The notes under the pieces were generated by a model, which did no database searches, had not been told where the DNA came from, and saw nothing but the letters and a program-made list of their open reading frames with translations. Source: a virus (taxonomy: Duplodnaviria > Caudoviricetes). Taken from it: a DNA stretch of 42,997 nt. The translations under genes and the position numbers were made by a program. The stretch covers positions 1 to 42,997 of the IMG/VR virus record IMGVR_UViG_3300013101_000023; one strand, given 5' to 3'. This document shows positions 26,794 through 36,660 of the stretch, piece after piece; position 1 is the first letter of the stretch; every line of letters starts with the position of its first letter.

Positions 26794-29139
26794 TTAGTCC
26801 TCGTCGGTGCTCTGTTCGCCCTGCTCTTTAGCCCGGTCCCGGTCTTTGTTGCGCGCTACTTCATCATCCATCTGCTTCTTAGCCTCCAGCTCCATTTTGG
26901 TGATAGCAATAGCCTCGTTACTCTCAATCTGGGCCAGTTTCACGGCATTATCGGCTTCCAGCTTGGCATAGTCAAACTCTTGGCTGGCTGCTGCTTTAGC
27001 AGTCTCCAGCTCCTGTTTGACCCCTTCCAGCTCCAGTTTCAGGTCTGCCTCAGTAGCGTCCGCAAGTAATTGCGCCCGGTCGGACTCAACCTGGGTTTGA
27101 TCAATCATGAGCTTAGCTTGCTGCGATTGGAGGGCCGCTTGGCCTTTCATGATCTCAGCCTTGGATAGGTCTTCCTGAGCTTTGGCCATTTTCTGGTTCA
27201 TCTCATCCATTTTCTGTTGCTGTTCTTGCTGGCTCTTGTCATATTCCTGGATAGCCTGCTGACCTTGCTTAGACTTCGGATCAAGGAAATATTTCTCACC
27301 ACCATTCAACCCGGTAACCTCGCAGAATTCATCCAGCGCGTTGAAACCTTGCTCGTTGTCTACCAGCGGCGATCCGACGGAGGCTAGTTTCTCCTGGTAC
27401 ATAAGTACCTGAGATAATGCAGCCTGCTTTCGACTATCATCTCCAGTTCCAGTGCCCACCATAACAGAAGTACGAGAACGTCGGCCCCAAGATGAAGGAT
27501 TGACTTTGGCCCACGATCCACGGTATTTAAACTCCTCAGTAGCGTCTTTGTGGCGAACTAACAGGTCTCTTATGAGCCTGTACGCTGCTTTTACGCCTGT
27601 TTCAGCAACTACCCGGATCATTAGACCGGTTAGCTCTTCTTTGGCCGTCATGATACGTTCTACGCCGTGGGCAGTGTCGTTTTCTACCGGACCTGCCCCC
27701 ATGGTGTCGGGTGAGACACCGGAACGACCTGTACGCACAGTATCCAGGTATTCCAGCATCTGGTACCCTTCCTGGCCTATCGGTTGAACCTGCAGTTCTC
27801 TGATGGAGCCCATAGTCTTAACCCGCTTAATACCACCAGGTCTTGAAATCAGTAGATCATCCAGGTTAACTTGGCCCTCTAAGACTTCCTTCTCTCTGTT
27901 GTTCTGAAAATACAGGTTATCCAGGATATTACGCCATAAACTGGTTTTCTGGTCCTGGATCATCTTCAGCTTGTCGTACTCGGACAGCCCGTAGAATTTG
28001 TGAGGCATCACGATACAACTGGACGACACAAACGGCATCTCTTCCACCTGTTCTACATCAAGGACGGTATCGGGTGTTGTGCCACCCAGGACAGTAATCT
28101 TATGCAACTCGGCAACACCCGTTTCATCAAGGTCAATATGAATATAGCACTCAGAAACCTCCAGGAGATCCTGGCTGCTGTCTTCACTGTATTGATTCTC
28201 CGATGAGGTGCTGGTTTCACCCTGGACTGCAAACCGGTGCTCGCGTTGGTAGATGTATTCGGATCCGACAGGGGCGTCATTGATCACCTCGGCATCGTAG
28301 CCTTCTTCTATCAATTCGCTCCTAGTCTTCATGGTGACATGAGCTACGAATCGCGCGGTTGAGAGATCCAAGCTGTTATGAAACTCATTAACTCTGAATT
28401 CTTCAGGTGCCACACACTCAACTTTAACCCGTCCACGGCTGTGAGTGACCTCTATTTCAACGTCAAACATCTCTTGTGGGGGCTGGGGCCGCTGGGGCCG
28501 CTGTGGGGGCTGCTTCGGCATTTGAGCTTTCATCTGCTGGAACTGCATCATTTGCTGTTCAAACTGCTGCATTTGCATTGTGTGCTGCGCCTGGGCTTCA
28601 GCAGGTACCGCGCCCTGGATCCGGATAGGCTCTACCTCAGGGTTGGCCAGCATCATCTGCAGCTGTTGCTCGGTGATACCCGTGTATTCCTCGGTCGAGG
28701 TCTCAGGGGTATCATCGTAATAAATCTTTAGTATGCCGTTCTTCTGGATCAGGGCGTCCTTAGTGAACTCGTACAGGTTCAGGAATCCCTCATTTTCAGC
28801 CATGAATACATCATGCACGTACTCGGATTCTAAGTTAGCCTGCTCTTCATCGGCCTCAGATATCGCATCGAACGTGATCACCGGACCTTTGCTCACCAGC
28901 GCTTTTAGGATGCTAGGTAGAATCCACTCCACAGCATCGGCAACATCCGTGCTGACTACCTGCGACCGGCCGTCAGGGGCGGGGCCAGGAAGGTTACCCA
29001 TGTAATAGTCCAGAGCCTGCTCTCGGTTGTGATCAATCTCGCTCGTATACGTGCCATTGGTTGCCTGTTGAAGCTCGGCCCCTATGATGTTAAGTACCCT
29101 GTCTTCTTCAGCGTTATTCGCCTTTAATTGCTCGCTCAT
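26794..29139 (-). CDS. Portal protein (P22-like)
   Basis: REQALDYYMG, GRSQVVSTDVADAVEW, KDALIQKNGILK, PEEF, VNLDDLL.SRPGGI, C-terminal coiled-coil barrel. Confidence 0.92.
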   Translation of the reverse strand: MSEQLKANNAEEDRVLNIIGAELQQATNGTYTSEIDHNREQALDYYMGNLPGPAPDGRSQVVSTDVADAVEWILPSILKALVSKGPVITFDAISEADEEQANLESEYVHDVFMAENEGFLNLYEFTKDALIQKNGILKIYYDDTPETSTEEYTGITEQQLQMMLANPEVEPIRIQGAVPAEAQAQHTMQMQQFEQQMMQFQQMKAQMPKQPPQRPQRPQPPQEMFDVEIEVTHSRGRVKVECVAPEEFRVNEFHNSLDLSTARFVAHVTMKTRSELIEEGYDAEVINDAPVGSEYIYQREHRFAVQGETSTSSENQYSEDSSQDLLEVSECYIHIDLDETGVAELHKITVLGGTTPDTVLDVEQVEEMPFVSSSCIVMPHKFYGLSEYDKLKMIQDQKTSLWRNILDNLYFQNNREKEVLEGQVNLDDLLISRPGGIKRVKTMGSIRELQVQPIGQEGYQMLEYLDTVRTGRSGVSPDTMGAGPVENDTAHGVERIMTAKEELTGLMIRVVAETGVKAAYRLIRDLLVRHKDATEEFKYRGSWAKVNPSSWGRRSRTSVMVGTGTGDDSRKQAALSQVLMYQEKLASVGSPLVDNEQGFNALDEFCEVTGLNGGEKYFLDPKSKQGQQAIQEYDKSQQEQQQKMDEMNQKMAKAQEDLSKAEIMKGQAALQSQQAKLMIDQTQVESDRAQLLADATEADLKLELEGVKQELETAKAAASQEFDYAKLEADNAVKLAQIESNEAIAITKMELEAKKQMDDEVARNKDRDRAKEQGEQSTDED

Positions 29140-29141
29140 TT

Positions 29142-30218
29142 TTACATTCCGAGCAGGCCGCGGGGCCGCTCTTCCTCTTTGTTGTTTAGTAACATGCTAC
29201 CTAACAGCCCTGTAGCTAGTAAATTAGCGCTCTTTTTCTGGAACGGGTCGAACGCTGCAAACTTAGACCGGATCTTGTTCGGCTCAAATATTGCCACGTT
29301 CTTTTTATAATTTCCTGGGGACCCCTGGCCGGTGAATTCCTCCCCCGCCTTGTATCCTATCTCAAAACCGCCGTCTTCTAGCTTTTTGATCCTGGGTTTA
29401 TTGCCGTCTTTCCCGCTTATTCTCTTCCAGGATGCAATTTCCCGGTCATACAGGGCCCGGGCGTCTTCAACGTTGTTGAACTTTCTATACTTGAAATCTG
29501 ACGCGTCTAGCATCTGGCGGTCTGCCACCTCTCGAATGTTAAAGCCGTCGTAATGGTCTTTCAGCAGGTCGAGGGTTTCTTGATCCTCAATCATGTTGAA
29601 CTCGCCACGCTCCACCCCCTTGATCTTATTGGGGGAGATGTCACGATCCCGCATCTGCTGCTTAAGCTGGCTCATTTGATCCGGATTGCTAGAGTCAAAT
29701 ATGTTTTGGCCCCGGTGTCGGATTGGCATAACCTGGCCCCCGTCTGAAAGCATGCTGTTAGATATGACATCGTATCCGGCGAAATCGTCGGCCAGTTCGT
29801 GGGTGGGGGCCATGTAGGTAGGAGTGTTAAAGCTTTGGTTTTTCTTGAATTCGGGAAAGTTTTCCTTGGTTCCGTGGTACCAGGTTTCAGGTCCGTAGCC
29901 CATCGCCTGGGCGCGTTCGTTGGCCACGTTATTCTTTCGTAGTCCCAGGCCTCCCATCTCAGGAGATTTAGCGGCGTTGTACTGGGCCGCCCTCATCGCT
30001 TCCTTGCCTGGGATCATCTTAGTGATGCCGCCCATGGCCACCCCCAATACATCTTCCGCTCCCCATTCCTCTGGGCTTTTGCTCAGCATGGGTAGGCCGC
30101 TGTTAATGTTCTGTTCCAGGCGCTGGGTCATGCCACGCATCCTGTCACCCGCTATCCCTGAGCTCAACTCATCCGAGATAATATCATAGTGCTCTCTGAG
30201 CTTGTCCAAGTAATTCAT
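29142..30218 (-). CDS. ADP-ribosyltransferase-like (ART-PolyVal-type) protein
   Basis: RAQAMGY..WYHGT..F..F, GGQVMP, YDG, IFEPNKIRSKFAAFDP..SANLLA. Start at ATG 30218 inferred from an ATGA overlap. Confidence 0.7.
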   Translation of the reverse strand: MNYLDKLREHYDIISDELSSGIAGDRMRGMTQRLEQNINSGLPMLSKSPEEWGAEDVLGVAMGGITKMIPGKEAMRAAQYNAAKSPEMGGLGLRKNNVANERAQAMGYGPETWYHGTKENFPEFKKNQSFNTPTYMAPTHELADDFAGYDVISNSMLSDGGQVMPIRHRGQNIFDSSNPDQMSQLKQQMRDRDISPNKIKGVERGEFNMIEDQETLDLLKDHYDGFNIREVADRQMLDASDFKYRKFNNVEDARALYDREIASWKRISGKDGNKPRIKKLEDGGFEIGYKAGEEFTGQGSPGNYKKNVAIFEPNKIRSKFAAFDPFQKKSANLLATGLLGSMLLNNKEEERPRGLLGM

Positions 30219-30283
30219 GTAATAGCCCAGTAGAGGACCACGTAAAACGCTATACATATCAGGATAAAACGCGTCTTGGTCAT
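30215..30283 (-). CDS. 22-aa hydrophobic peptide MTKTRFILICIAFYVVLYWAIT
   Basis: AAGGGAG RBS. Stop overlaps the start of the ART-like gene (ATGA). Confidence 0.5.
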   Translation of the reverse strand: MTKTRFILICIAFYVVLYWAIT

Positions 30284-30329
30284 TTCAAAGGCTCCCTTAA
30301 ATCTGCTATTTCACGAGTTAAAGTGTCTA

Positions 30330-31913
30330 TCATATTGCCCCCTGGTTCTTGTAATTGATCTCATCACCCCAACCATCAGGCAGGGTAGGATTGCTAAACG
30401 CGTACATGAGAGCATCTGCCAGGTTCGGTGACTTGACCCCGCGTCGCTTCATGTCGTCTTTAGACTCAATCTGGATCATGTTGTTATTGCTGGCTCCTCG
30501 TTTCCGTTCAATCCGTGATAGCTCCGACACCAGCTGCTTGACGCCTTCCATATCTGACGAGAGACTAATGAGCTCTTCCGGATCAATATACTCACCCTTC
30601 TCCACTGCTCGGTACGTTGCCTCAAACCTATCTCGAAGGAGCCAGAAAGCCTGTGCTCTTCGATTTCTGAAGACATCATGCATCGCTCTGTCACCCCGGT
30701 ACAAGGATTCGGGTTGATCAGGGATGTCATTACCAAGAAAGCCCGTAATATTAAATGCATCTCTTCCCTCCATTTGGTTTACATGGTGTTTAACGGCGGT
30801 ACCTACTCCTATGGCATCATAAACTAGGTCAGTGATCCGCATATCATAAGCCGTGCTGAAAGCCTCTTCAATGCCGTCTGTAATGTCGCCTTTATACCAC
30901 GCTTTACAGTGAGTTACAACTGATCCGTGCCGCACGGCGTACGCTTTCGCATCCTCGCCGCCATCCGCTGGATCAAATCCCAGGGACTTAACACCGCGGC
31001 CAGTAAAACCCAGCTTAATATGAGCATCAATCGCAGCACGAACCCACAAGGGGTCGATAATGCAATTCTCGCTTGCACCCACCGGTTCACCTTCCCAAAC
31101 ATGTAAATAATCACGGTAATGGTCCTCTTTCATGGCTTCCATCTCCAGGCGTAAGACCTCAGGAAAGAAACAGTTATCGGTATAATTGACACGTTCCACG
31201 TGGAACTGGTCATCGGTGTGGGTGCCGTGCTCTAGTAGGGTTTTCTCGAACGGGTAAATAAAACGTTGGTATGTTGCATCCATCTCATCGTAGGGGTTGA
31301 ATACAACCCATATTTCCGACCCATCCGCACGGATAGTTGGCGTGAGAAGTTTCCACGATTCCTCCGTAATAGCTGCTGCCTCCTCGGCCCAACAGATAGA
31401 TATATCCTCCATGGAGGTGATTTTGTTGGTGTTATTTTTGATTCCGCTAAAGAGAAACTCGCTGCCATTCCTGCACCTGATGTGGGTTTTGGTGATGGTG
31501 TAATAGTCTTGAAATCCGAGCCTATACACGGTGTCTTCAAGCAACCGGTGTACAGACTCGCTGATTGAGTGCTGCAACTCCCTGGTACATAGGATCCGCA
31601 TCCGTTGCCGGGTTGCCATAAGCACCAGGGCAGTGGCTGCAGATCGTGACTTAGATGAGCCACGCCCGCCTTCCTGCACCTTGTATCGCTTAGGTGTGAA
31701 CAACGACCGCGCCTTGGTAGGCATTCTCACCTCGTTAGGCAGGGGCTCGTGTTCTGGCTCCTCATCGTGGAATGTGATGTACCGGTACTCCTCATCCAGG
31801 AAAGAGGGGTGGTCCAGGTAATAGGGCACGGCGAAATTCTCGTCCACCTCGGCCTGCTCCAGGTCATCGTGGATCTTCATGGCCTTGCTGGTGAGAGAAG
31901 CTAGGCTGCTCAT
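30330..31913 (-). CDS. terL: Terminase large subunit (PBSX/Terminase_3-like)
   Basis: GGRGSSKS Walker A, CTRE, WAEEA Walker B, PTIR, FNP, GFDPAD, YDAIGVG, SPNLADAL. Confidence 0.95.
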   Translation of the reverse strand: MSSLASLTSKAMKIHDDLEQAEVDENFAVPYYLDHPSFLDEEYRYITFHDEEPEHEPLPNEVRMPTKARSLFTPKRYKVQEGGRGSSKSRSAATALVLMATRQRMRILCTRELQHSISESVHRLLEDTVYRLGFQDYYTITKTHIRCRNGSEFLFSGIKNNTNKITSMEDISICWAEEAAAITEESWKLLTPTIRADGSEIWVVFNPYDEMDATYQRFIYPFEKTLLEHGTHTDDQFHVERVNYTDNCFFPEVLRLEMEAMKEDHYRDYLHVWEGEPVGASENCIIDPLWVRAAIDAHIKLGFTGRGVKSLGFDPADGGEDAKAYAVRHGSVVTHCKAWYKGDITDGIEEAFSTAYDMRITDLVYDAIGVGTAVKHHVNQMEGRDAFNITGFLGNDIPDQPESLYRGDRAMHDVFRNRRAQAFWLLRDRFEATYRAVEKGEYIDPEELISLSSDMEGVKQLVSELSRIERKRGASNNNMIQIESKDDMKRRGVKSPNLADALMYAFSNPTLPDGWGDEINYKNQGAI

Positions 31914-32149
31914 CGCCCCATCGGGTCATCGTCGGAGGGTGTCTCCTCCTCGTCAAACCACTCTACCCGTTCGGATAAAATCTGAAGGTAGCCCATCATG
32001 TGGTGCAGCTGACGCCCCAGCCTCGTCTGCTCCTTGGAGGGTAGTTTCAGGAATACCGAGCCGTCTATAAACGCGCCCAATCGGTCCGCACGGACGCGTA
32101 CCTCGTCTCGCTCGCGACGTACTCTGTCTTTGTAGCCGTAGTCAGTCAT
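31910..32149 (-). CDS. crAss001_48-like helical hairpin protein (anti-defence sponge candidate)
   Basis: Y..RV..E..E...L.AFI....F..L...EQ..L..Q...M..Y..IL.ER...F signature. Confidence 0.7.
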   Translation of the reverse strand: MTDYGYKDRVRRERDEVRVRADRLGAFIDGSVFLKLPSKEQTRLGRQLHHMMGYLQILSERVEWFDEEETPSDDDPMGR

Positions 32150-32158
32150 GTTAGTGTC

Positions 32159-32596
32159 CTATCTTGCAAATTTTGCGGGGTTCGCCTTGCGGGCGTTGGT
32201 GATGTACTCAACCAGGATAGCGCGATCTTCTGCCTCCATCTGGCTTTGTTCAATCTTGATCAGGTCCTCAGCCTCAGTCAGGCTATAGGCCCCCTTAGCA
32301 TGTTTAGTTAAATACCACCGGGCTCTTTCAAGCGGGGTACCATCCGGAGGAATCATGTGGGGTGCTCGGTCATCCTTCAGCACCATGGCTGGCATCACGC
32401 CCTTAAGCAGGGCCGCGAGTGCCCGGGAACTGGGCTCAAGTGCCCGCTCCAGGTTAAAGGTCATCAGATCCGGAGGAAGCTCGGGCACGTACCCCGCAGC
32501 GGCGTAAATGTTCGCGTTAACGATCCATTCGGCCCGCTTAAGAAGTGCGTCCCTGGCCGCCCGGGCCTGGGGTGTTTGGGGTATATTCTTAGCCAT
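32159..32596 (-). CDS. Probable terminase small subunit
   Basis: Position upstream of terL, size, helical LLKGVMP..G..S..EA pattern. Confidence 0.55.
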   Translation of the reverse strand: MAKNIPQTPQARAARDALLKRAEWIVNANIYAAAGYVPELPPDLMTFNLERALEPSSRALAALLKGVMPAMVLKDDRAPHMIPPDGTPLERARWYLTKHAKGAYSLTEAEDLIKIEQSQMEAEDRAILVEYITNARKANPAKFAR

Positions 32597-32630
32597 AACG
32601 CAGGAGACTACCACACATTACGGGGCCCTG

Positions 32631-32984
32631 TCAAAATGCACGGAGTTCGGCCCTCAATCCCTCAATCATGATAGTTAAGTCCCTTAGTTGGTCGTCACGA
32701 TGCAGATTGTCGGCAGCTATGACCACCTCTAAGGCCTGATTAAAGTTTAAGTGAGGGTTAGCCCGCCTACAGTTCGTTACGCGCTTTAAGATGCGGTATT
32801 CTGCTTCATTCGTTGCGATGGGTTTGTCTGCGTAAACATTGCGCGCCCCCACCATCTCGTTGCAACCTGCAGGGGTGATGTATCCAGCGGTAAGGTTTAA
32901 GTATCGCTCAACCAGCAACTGGGCCTCAAAATCGTCAAGATCCGCTACCGCTTTTAGTGCGAGGTATAGGGGTTTAGTTATCAT
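32631..32984 (-). CDS. Hypothetical protein
   Basis: GGAGG RBS before ATG 32984. Confidence 0.6.
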   Translation of the reverse strand: MITKPLYLALKAVADLDDFEAQLLVERYLNLTAGYITPAGCNEMVGARNVYADKPIATNEAEYRILKRVTNCRRANPHLNFNQALEVVIAADNLHRDDQLRDLTIMIEGLRAELRAF

Positions 32985-33144
32985 CTCGTGCCTCCAGGTT
33001 GTTGGCGATCCGCTCAAGACTTACAGCAATATTTCCCAGGTAAGCGACCTTTGACATCTCTATCGCTTCAGCGTCGGAAATATTGAGGGAGCTTATCGCC
33101 TCGTTAAGTTTTATTACAGTCTCATCTAGTGTCATTTTACTCAT
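32974..33144 (-). CDS. Small hypothetical protein
   Basis: GAGGAG RBS before ATG 33144, just downstream of a promoter. Confidence 0.6.
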   Translation of the reverse strand: MSKMTLDETVIKLNEAISSLNISDAEAIEMSKVAYLGNIAVSLERIANNLEARDDN

Positions 33145-33172
33145 GATTTTCTCCTCATTTGTATGAACCCCT

Positions 33173-33200
33173 ATTGTATGCAAGGGACCCGCAATGTCAA
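33173..33200 (-). promoter_or_regulatory. sigma70 promoter upstream of the packaging/structural operon
   Basis: TTGACA-16 bp-TACAAT on the minus strand. Confidence 0.65.
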
Positions 33201-33317
33201 CCTTTATTCTTACCTTTTCTGACACGTAAAACAGGGCGTTTTTAGCACGTCCCATTCGCATGTGTCCCGTTGCCGGGTGCTGTTATTATCCGAGGGAAAA
33301 AAGACACTGAGTCTAGT

Positions 33318-33620
33318 TTTGTGACGTTGTGACGGTAAAACTGGCCCTTATTCTCTATATAATTTCATACTTAAAGTGAATTCTAGAATAGGCCATTTCT
33401 CGCACCATTAAATATAATAAAAAGGTCACAAGGTCACAGAGTAATGAAATCAATAAGTTATAGTTACACACAAAGGTCACACAAAGGTCACTGTGACCTA
33501 TTCCCCGTTGGGACACACCCAACCCAGACACACCCAACCTGCAAATTGCCACACCCAACCGGGGCATATTGGCTTGTGACCAAAAAAAAGGTCACAAATA
33601 CAAACTTGTGACCTTTTTCA
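33318..33620. repeat. Iteron-like GGTCACA/TGTGACC repeats and CACCCAACC repeats; putative replication origin
   Basis: About 10 GTCAC copies in both orientations, 3 ACACCCAACC copies, AT-rich segment, directly downstream of the primase-helicase. Confidence 0.65.
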
Positions 33621-33625
33621 AATGA

Positions 33626-36310
33626 CTACCCTACCTGAACAATTATGCCTTTTTGCATGGTATCTGGGCCTGTATCGTGGGACAATCTTACGGTCCTCGA
33701 CCCTCGACCCTCAACATCCATCATGCACAATACGTCGTGACTGGACGCACGTAATTTGGCTTGTTCTGACTTTGAAACCTGGTCATCCAGCCAGACTTTC
33801 ACGAGTTTAGAAGGGCTCAATATCTGGACCACTTCACCGTAAACAGCATGGTAGCCTCGCAGCATTTTAGTGGGGGCCCAAGTGTCACGGGTAGCCTGCG
33901 AAAGCCCCTCTAGTGCGGATACCTGCCCCTCGAAGCCCGAGGTTGCTTTCACTGCTACCGCCACCATCTCTAAGGCGTAGCCTTCCAGGGTATCCGTCAG
34001 GCTGCCTAGGTGGTGTTCAATGCTGTTTGCCTCGTGGTACTCGTTCAATATCCCATCACAGTGGTTTGCGGATAGTATGCGCGCCTCCTGGACTGATTTC
34101 CCCATCATCCTCATGTCACCAACGAAAGCGTTAAGATAGTCAGCAGTCCAGGCAGACAGGGCTTTAAGGTACACGGTAGCTCCCAACTGTTTAAATAGCT
34201 CACGGTCCTCTATGCGGACGTTGAGCTGGGGTCTAAGGTAAGAGAAGCGCGAGACAAACTGACTTTCAACCCCTGTATCACCGGATACGCTGTCCATTGC
34301 AAAGGCAGAGGCGAATATTTTGCTGTACACCCGTGCTTTAAAGGAAAGTAAATGCTTGGGGGATCCGCTGATCTCACGATCCAGTTGTTTGATGTCCCCT
34401 GTCAGGTACCGGACTTCATCCACGAACATGACCCACTTTCTGATGAAATCATTCTCTGATTTCCCAATAGGGGAACCGCTGAATATCTTTTCTATCTCAA
34501 CCACGCTCACCGTGGTGACCAGGTCCAGACCATCAGTCCCCAGGACACCATTTAATAGGAAGGTCTTGCCCCACGACGAAGTAGCGTGCAACCAGGAGTA
34601 GGCTTTACGTGCGTTGCCTGCAAACCGTGCTGCTGCTATTGAGCGGATAAACTCTCTGTACTGAGGGAAGTGCTCTAGGTAATCAGCTAGCACGCGCTCA
34701 ACCAGGTCCGCAGTGGGTCTAGGGCTCACGGCGAAAGGTTTGTGCGCCAGCAGCACGTCAGCACCATCAGGCGTCAATTTAATAGAGGGGACATCCGAGA
34801 ATATATCAACATCAAAGCTTACTGCGTTCCGTTGTCGGAATATTTTCACAGCGAGCAGAAAAGTGTGGAATATCTGTTTATGTGTTTTGGCCACGTCACC
34901 CGCTGTCAGGGCAGCGCCTGAACGTGCTATCCGTTGACCTGAAGTAACATAAGTCATTAGCTCGGACTGACTGATCACGGTGCCGTGTATGGTTTCAATG
35001 AACCCCACCACCGTTTGAGGATCCGCTGCGACAAAGTCACCATCCGGGTTAAACATGAAGGTGGCTTTCTTCACCGGGGAGTAGAACATCTCGGCCCAGG
35101 CTTTAACCAGGGGCTGGGTATCTAGTTTGCCTAGAGTAGCCCCCAGGTCGCAGTTAAAGAAGTCGTTTAGTATTCCTCGGATCGAATCGATAGCTGTAGC
35201 CAGCGGGGCGTCTATAACGTTTTCGGCCTCAGCTACGAACGTTACCCCACCGATATCGATAGGGGGAGCGGATCCGACGCCCTGGTAGCCTGCGAAGGCT
35301 AGCGCGCTGTCAGGAGCGGAGAATTCAGAAGGAACAGCGGCATAGTGAGCGACCGCGTCCACCCACCCCGGCTGCTCTGCGCACCAGGACATTAGAGGTT
35401 TGCGCCCGTTAATGATCTCGTTGTGTCCGTGTCTGCAGTCCAGGTTGGCGTTCCCGTCGGCAAAGCACTGGATCGTGGTGCCGCTGGTGTCCTGCGGGTT
35501 GGTGTGCCCGTGCACAGGGTCATCAATCCAAGGGCAAACAATGTCGTAACATCCAGCCCCTTTGTCGCTTAAGACGTCCACAACCTGCAGCACTGGGTGC
35601 TCCCGGTCTGGTGTGCCCTGGTTAACGCTGGACTGTCGTCTAATCACGTTGATATCAATACCCAGGGGAGCGGCGATCTCTTCAAGGGTGACTTCGACCT
35701 CTTCATTCAGCTCCAGCAGCTGGCATTTTGCCCCGTTAGGCTGCCATGGAAAGACGTTGCGTGCTTTGGTGTTGTGCCCTGAAGGCAGACGCACCAGGCG
35801 CGTGACGTTCTTTAAGCCCGGATCTTTGCCGCTGGGGCACAAGTCAGAAGCTACCAGTCCATCCTGTAAGTTTTCGACCTGGTCTACACTATATAAAGCC
35901 CAGTCAGCTTGTTTGATCCGGTAGAACCATTGGTGACTGCCTGGGGAGGTCTCAAGTATTGCGGTGGGGCGGGGTAGGAGAGCCACGATCAGCGGGTCTA
36001 GTTTCTCAACCACGTCATCTAGTGCGATCACGCAGGTCTTTCGGTGCAGGTTTCTGCGTCTTTGTACTTTAGGTTGGCCCGTGGCGTCATCCACCCCCGG
36101 ATTGAATAAACTTATGCAAAAGAATCGGTTGGTATAGGGCTCAAAGGCCCGGTGGTCCTGCCACAGATGGGTATACCAGCACAACCCCCGACGGTCCTGG
36201 GGGATGTTCTGCGGGTCCTCCGGGAAGCTGCACACCTGCGCCTGGCCTATGTCGGCCCCGAATAGTGCTTGTAAAAAGGTGTAATCGCTGTTATCATCGC
36301 TTTCAATCAT
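33626..36310 (-). CDS. RepB-like (AEP) primase fused to a divergent SF3-like helicase
   Basis: IALDDV, ETSPGSHQWFY, RLVRLPSGHNTK, CPW..H..CRHGH Zn motif, Walker A SSWGKT, Walker B MFVDE. Confidence 0.85.
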   Translation of the reverse strand: MIESDDNSDYTFLQALFGADIGQAQVCSFPEDPQNIPQDRRGLCWYTHLWQDHRAFEPYTNRFFCISLFNPGVDDATGQPKVQRRRNLHRKTCVIALDDVVEKLDPLIVALLPRPTAILETSPGSHQWFYRIKQADWALYSVDQVENLQDGLVASDLCPSGKDPGLKNVTRLVRLPSGHNTKARNVFPWQPNGAKCQLLELNEEVEVTLEEIAAPLGIDINVIRRQSSVNQGTPDREHPVLQVVDVLSDKGAGCYDIVCPWIDDPVHGHTNPQDTSGTTIQCFADGNANLDCRHGHNEIINGRKPLMSWCAEQPGWVDAVAHYAAVPSEFSAPDSALAFAGYQGVGSAPPIDIGGVTFVAEAENVIDAPLATAIDSIRGILNDFFNCDLGATLGKLDTQPLVKAWAEMFYSPVKKATFMFNPDGDFVAADPQTVVGFIETIHGTVISQSELMTYVTSGQRIARSGAALTAGDVAKTHKQIFHTFLLAVKIFRQRNAVSFDVDIFSDVPSIKLTPDGADVLLAHKPFAVSPRPTADLVERVLADYLEHFPQYREFIRSIAAARFAGNARKAYSWLHATSSWGKTFLLNGVLGTDGLDLVTTVSVVEIEKIFSGSPIGKSENDFIRKWVMFVDEVRYLTGDIKQLDREISGSPKHLLSFKARVYSKIFASAFAMDSVSGDTGVESQFVSRFSYLRPQLNVRIEDRELFKQLGATVYLKALSAWTADYLNAFVGDMRMMGKSVQEARILSANHCDGILNEYHEANSIEHHLGSLTDTLEGYALEMVAVAVKATSGFEGQVSALEGLSQATRDTWAPTKMLRGYHAVYGEVVQILSPSKLVKVWLDDQVSKSEQAKLRASSHDVLCMMDVEGRGSRTVRLSHDTGPDTMQKGIIVQVG

Positions 36311-36515
36311 TCTAATACCTATATATTGTGTTTGGTTATCGTTCCACGTACCCTATGTTGTGTTCTTAGATGATTAAGTCATATATCTCCTTGGTTGGCT
36401 GATTTGTGATGTGTTTGTTCTACTGTTAGACTTCATAATAATCCCTATGTTTGGTTGAAAGAAAGAAAAACCCTGCTCCCTGAAAAGGTGGCGGGGTTTT
36501 TTTTGCCTGGCGTTT

Positions 36516-36543
36516 ATTATAGCATCTCTTTTCTGAATAACAA
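36516..36543 (-). promoter_or_regulatory. Putative leftward promoter for the primase
   Basis: TTGTTA-16 bp-TATAAT on the minus strand, followed by an inverted repeat at 36466-36504. Confidence 0.45.
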
Positions 36544-36625
36544 CCCTGGCAATTTCAGGAGCGCCGGGGATTGATATTACTCTTATATATCGGCCTGGTC
36601 AATTGCATCTAATTTCAGAAACTCC

Positions 36626-36654
36626 TTGCATTATTATTCACAAGGGGGTAAACT
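36626..36654 (+). promoter_or_regulatory. sigma70 promoter of the pentamer-array locus
   Basis: TTGCAT-17 bp-TAAACT, with flanks similar to the promoter at 38235. Confidence 0.65.
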
Positions 36655-36660
36655 GACCCC

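Noticed and set aside
33355-33567. 70-aa ORF in the iteron region
   Set aside because: Its repetitive LGVS/CVT content derives from the DNA repeats, and there is no convincing RBS.
36635-36651. Self-targeting of the array's own promoter by tract 2/3 (TAtTCaCAaGGgGGtAA vs TA TC AA GG GA AT)
   Set aside because: Only 9 of 12 positions match and the match then fails. This is plausible by chance, as is the CC.CC.GG.GG match at ~40295. It needs a systematic search.
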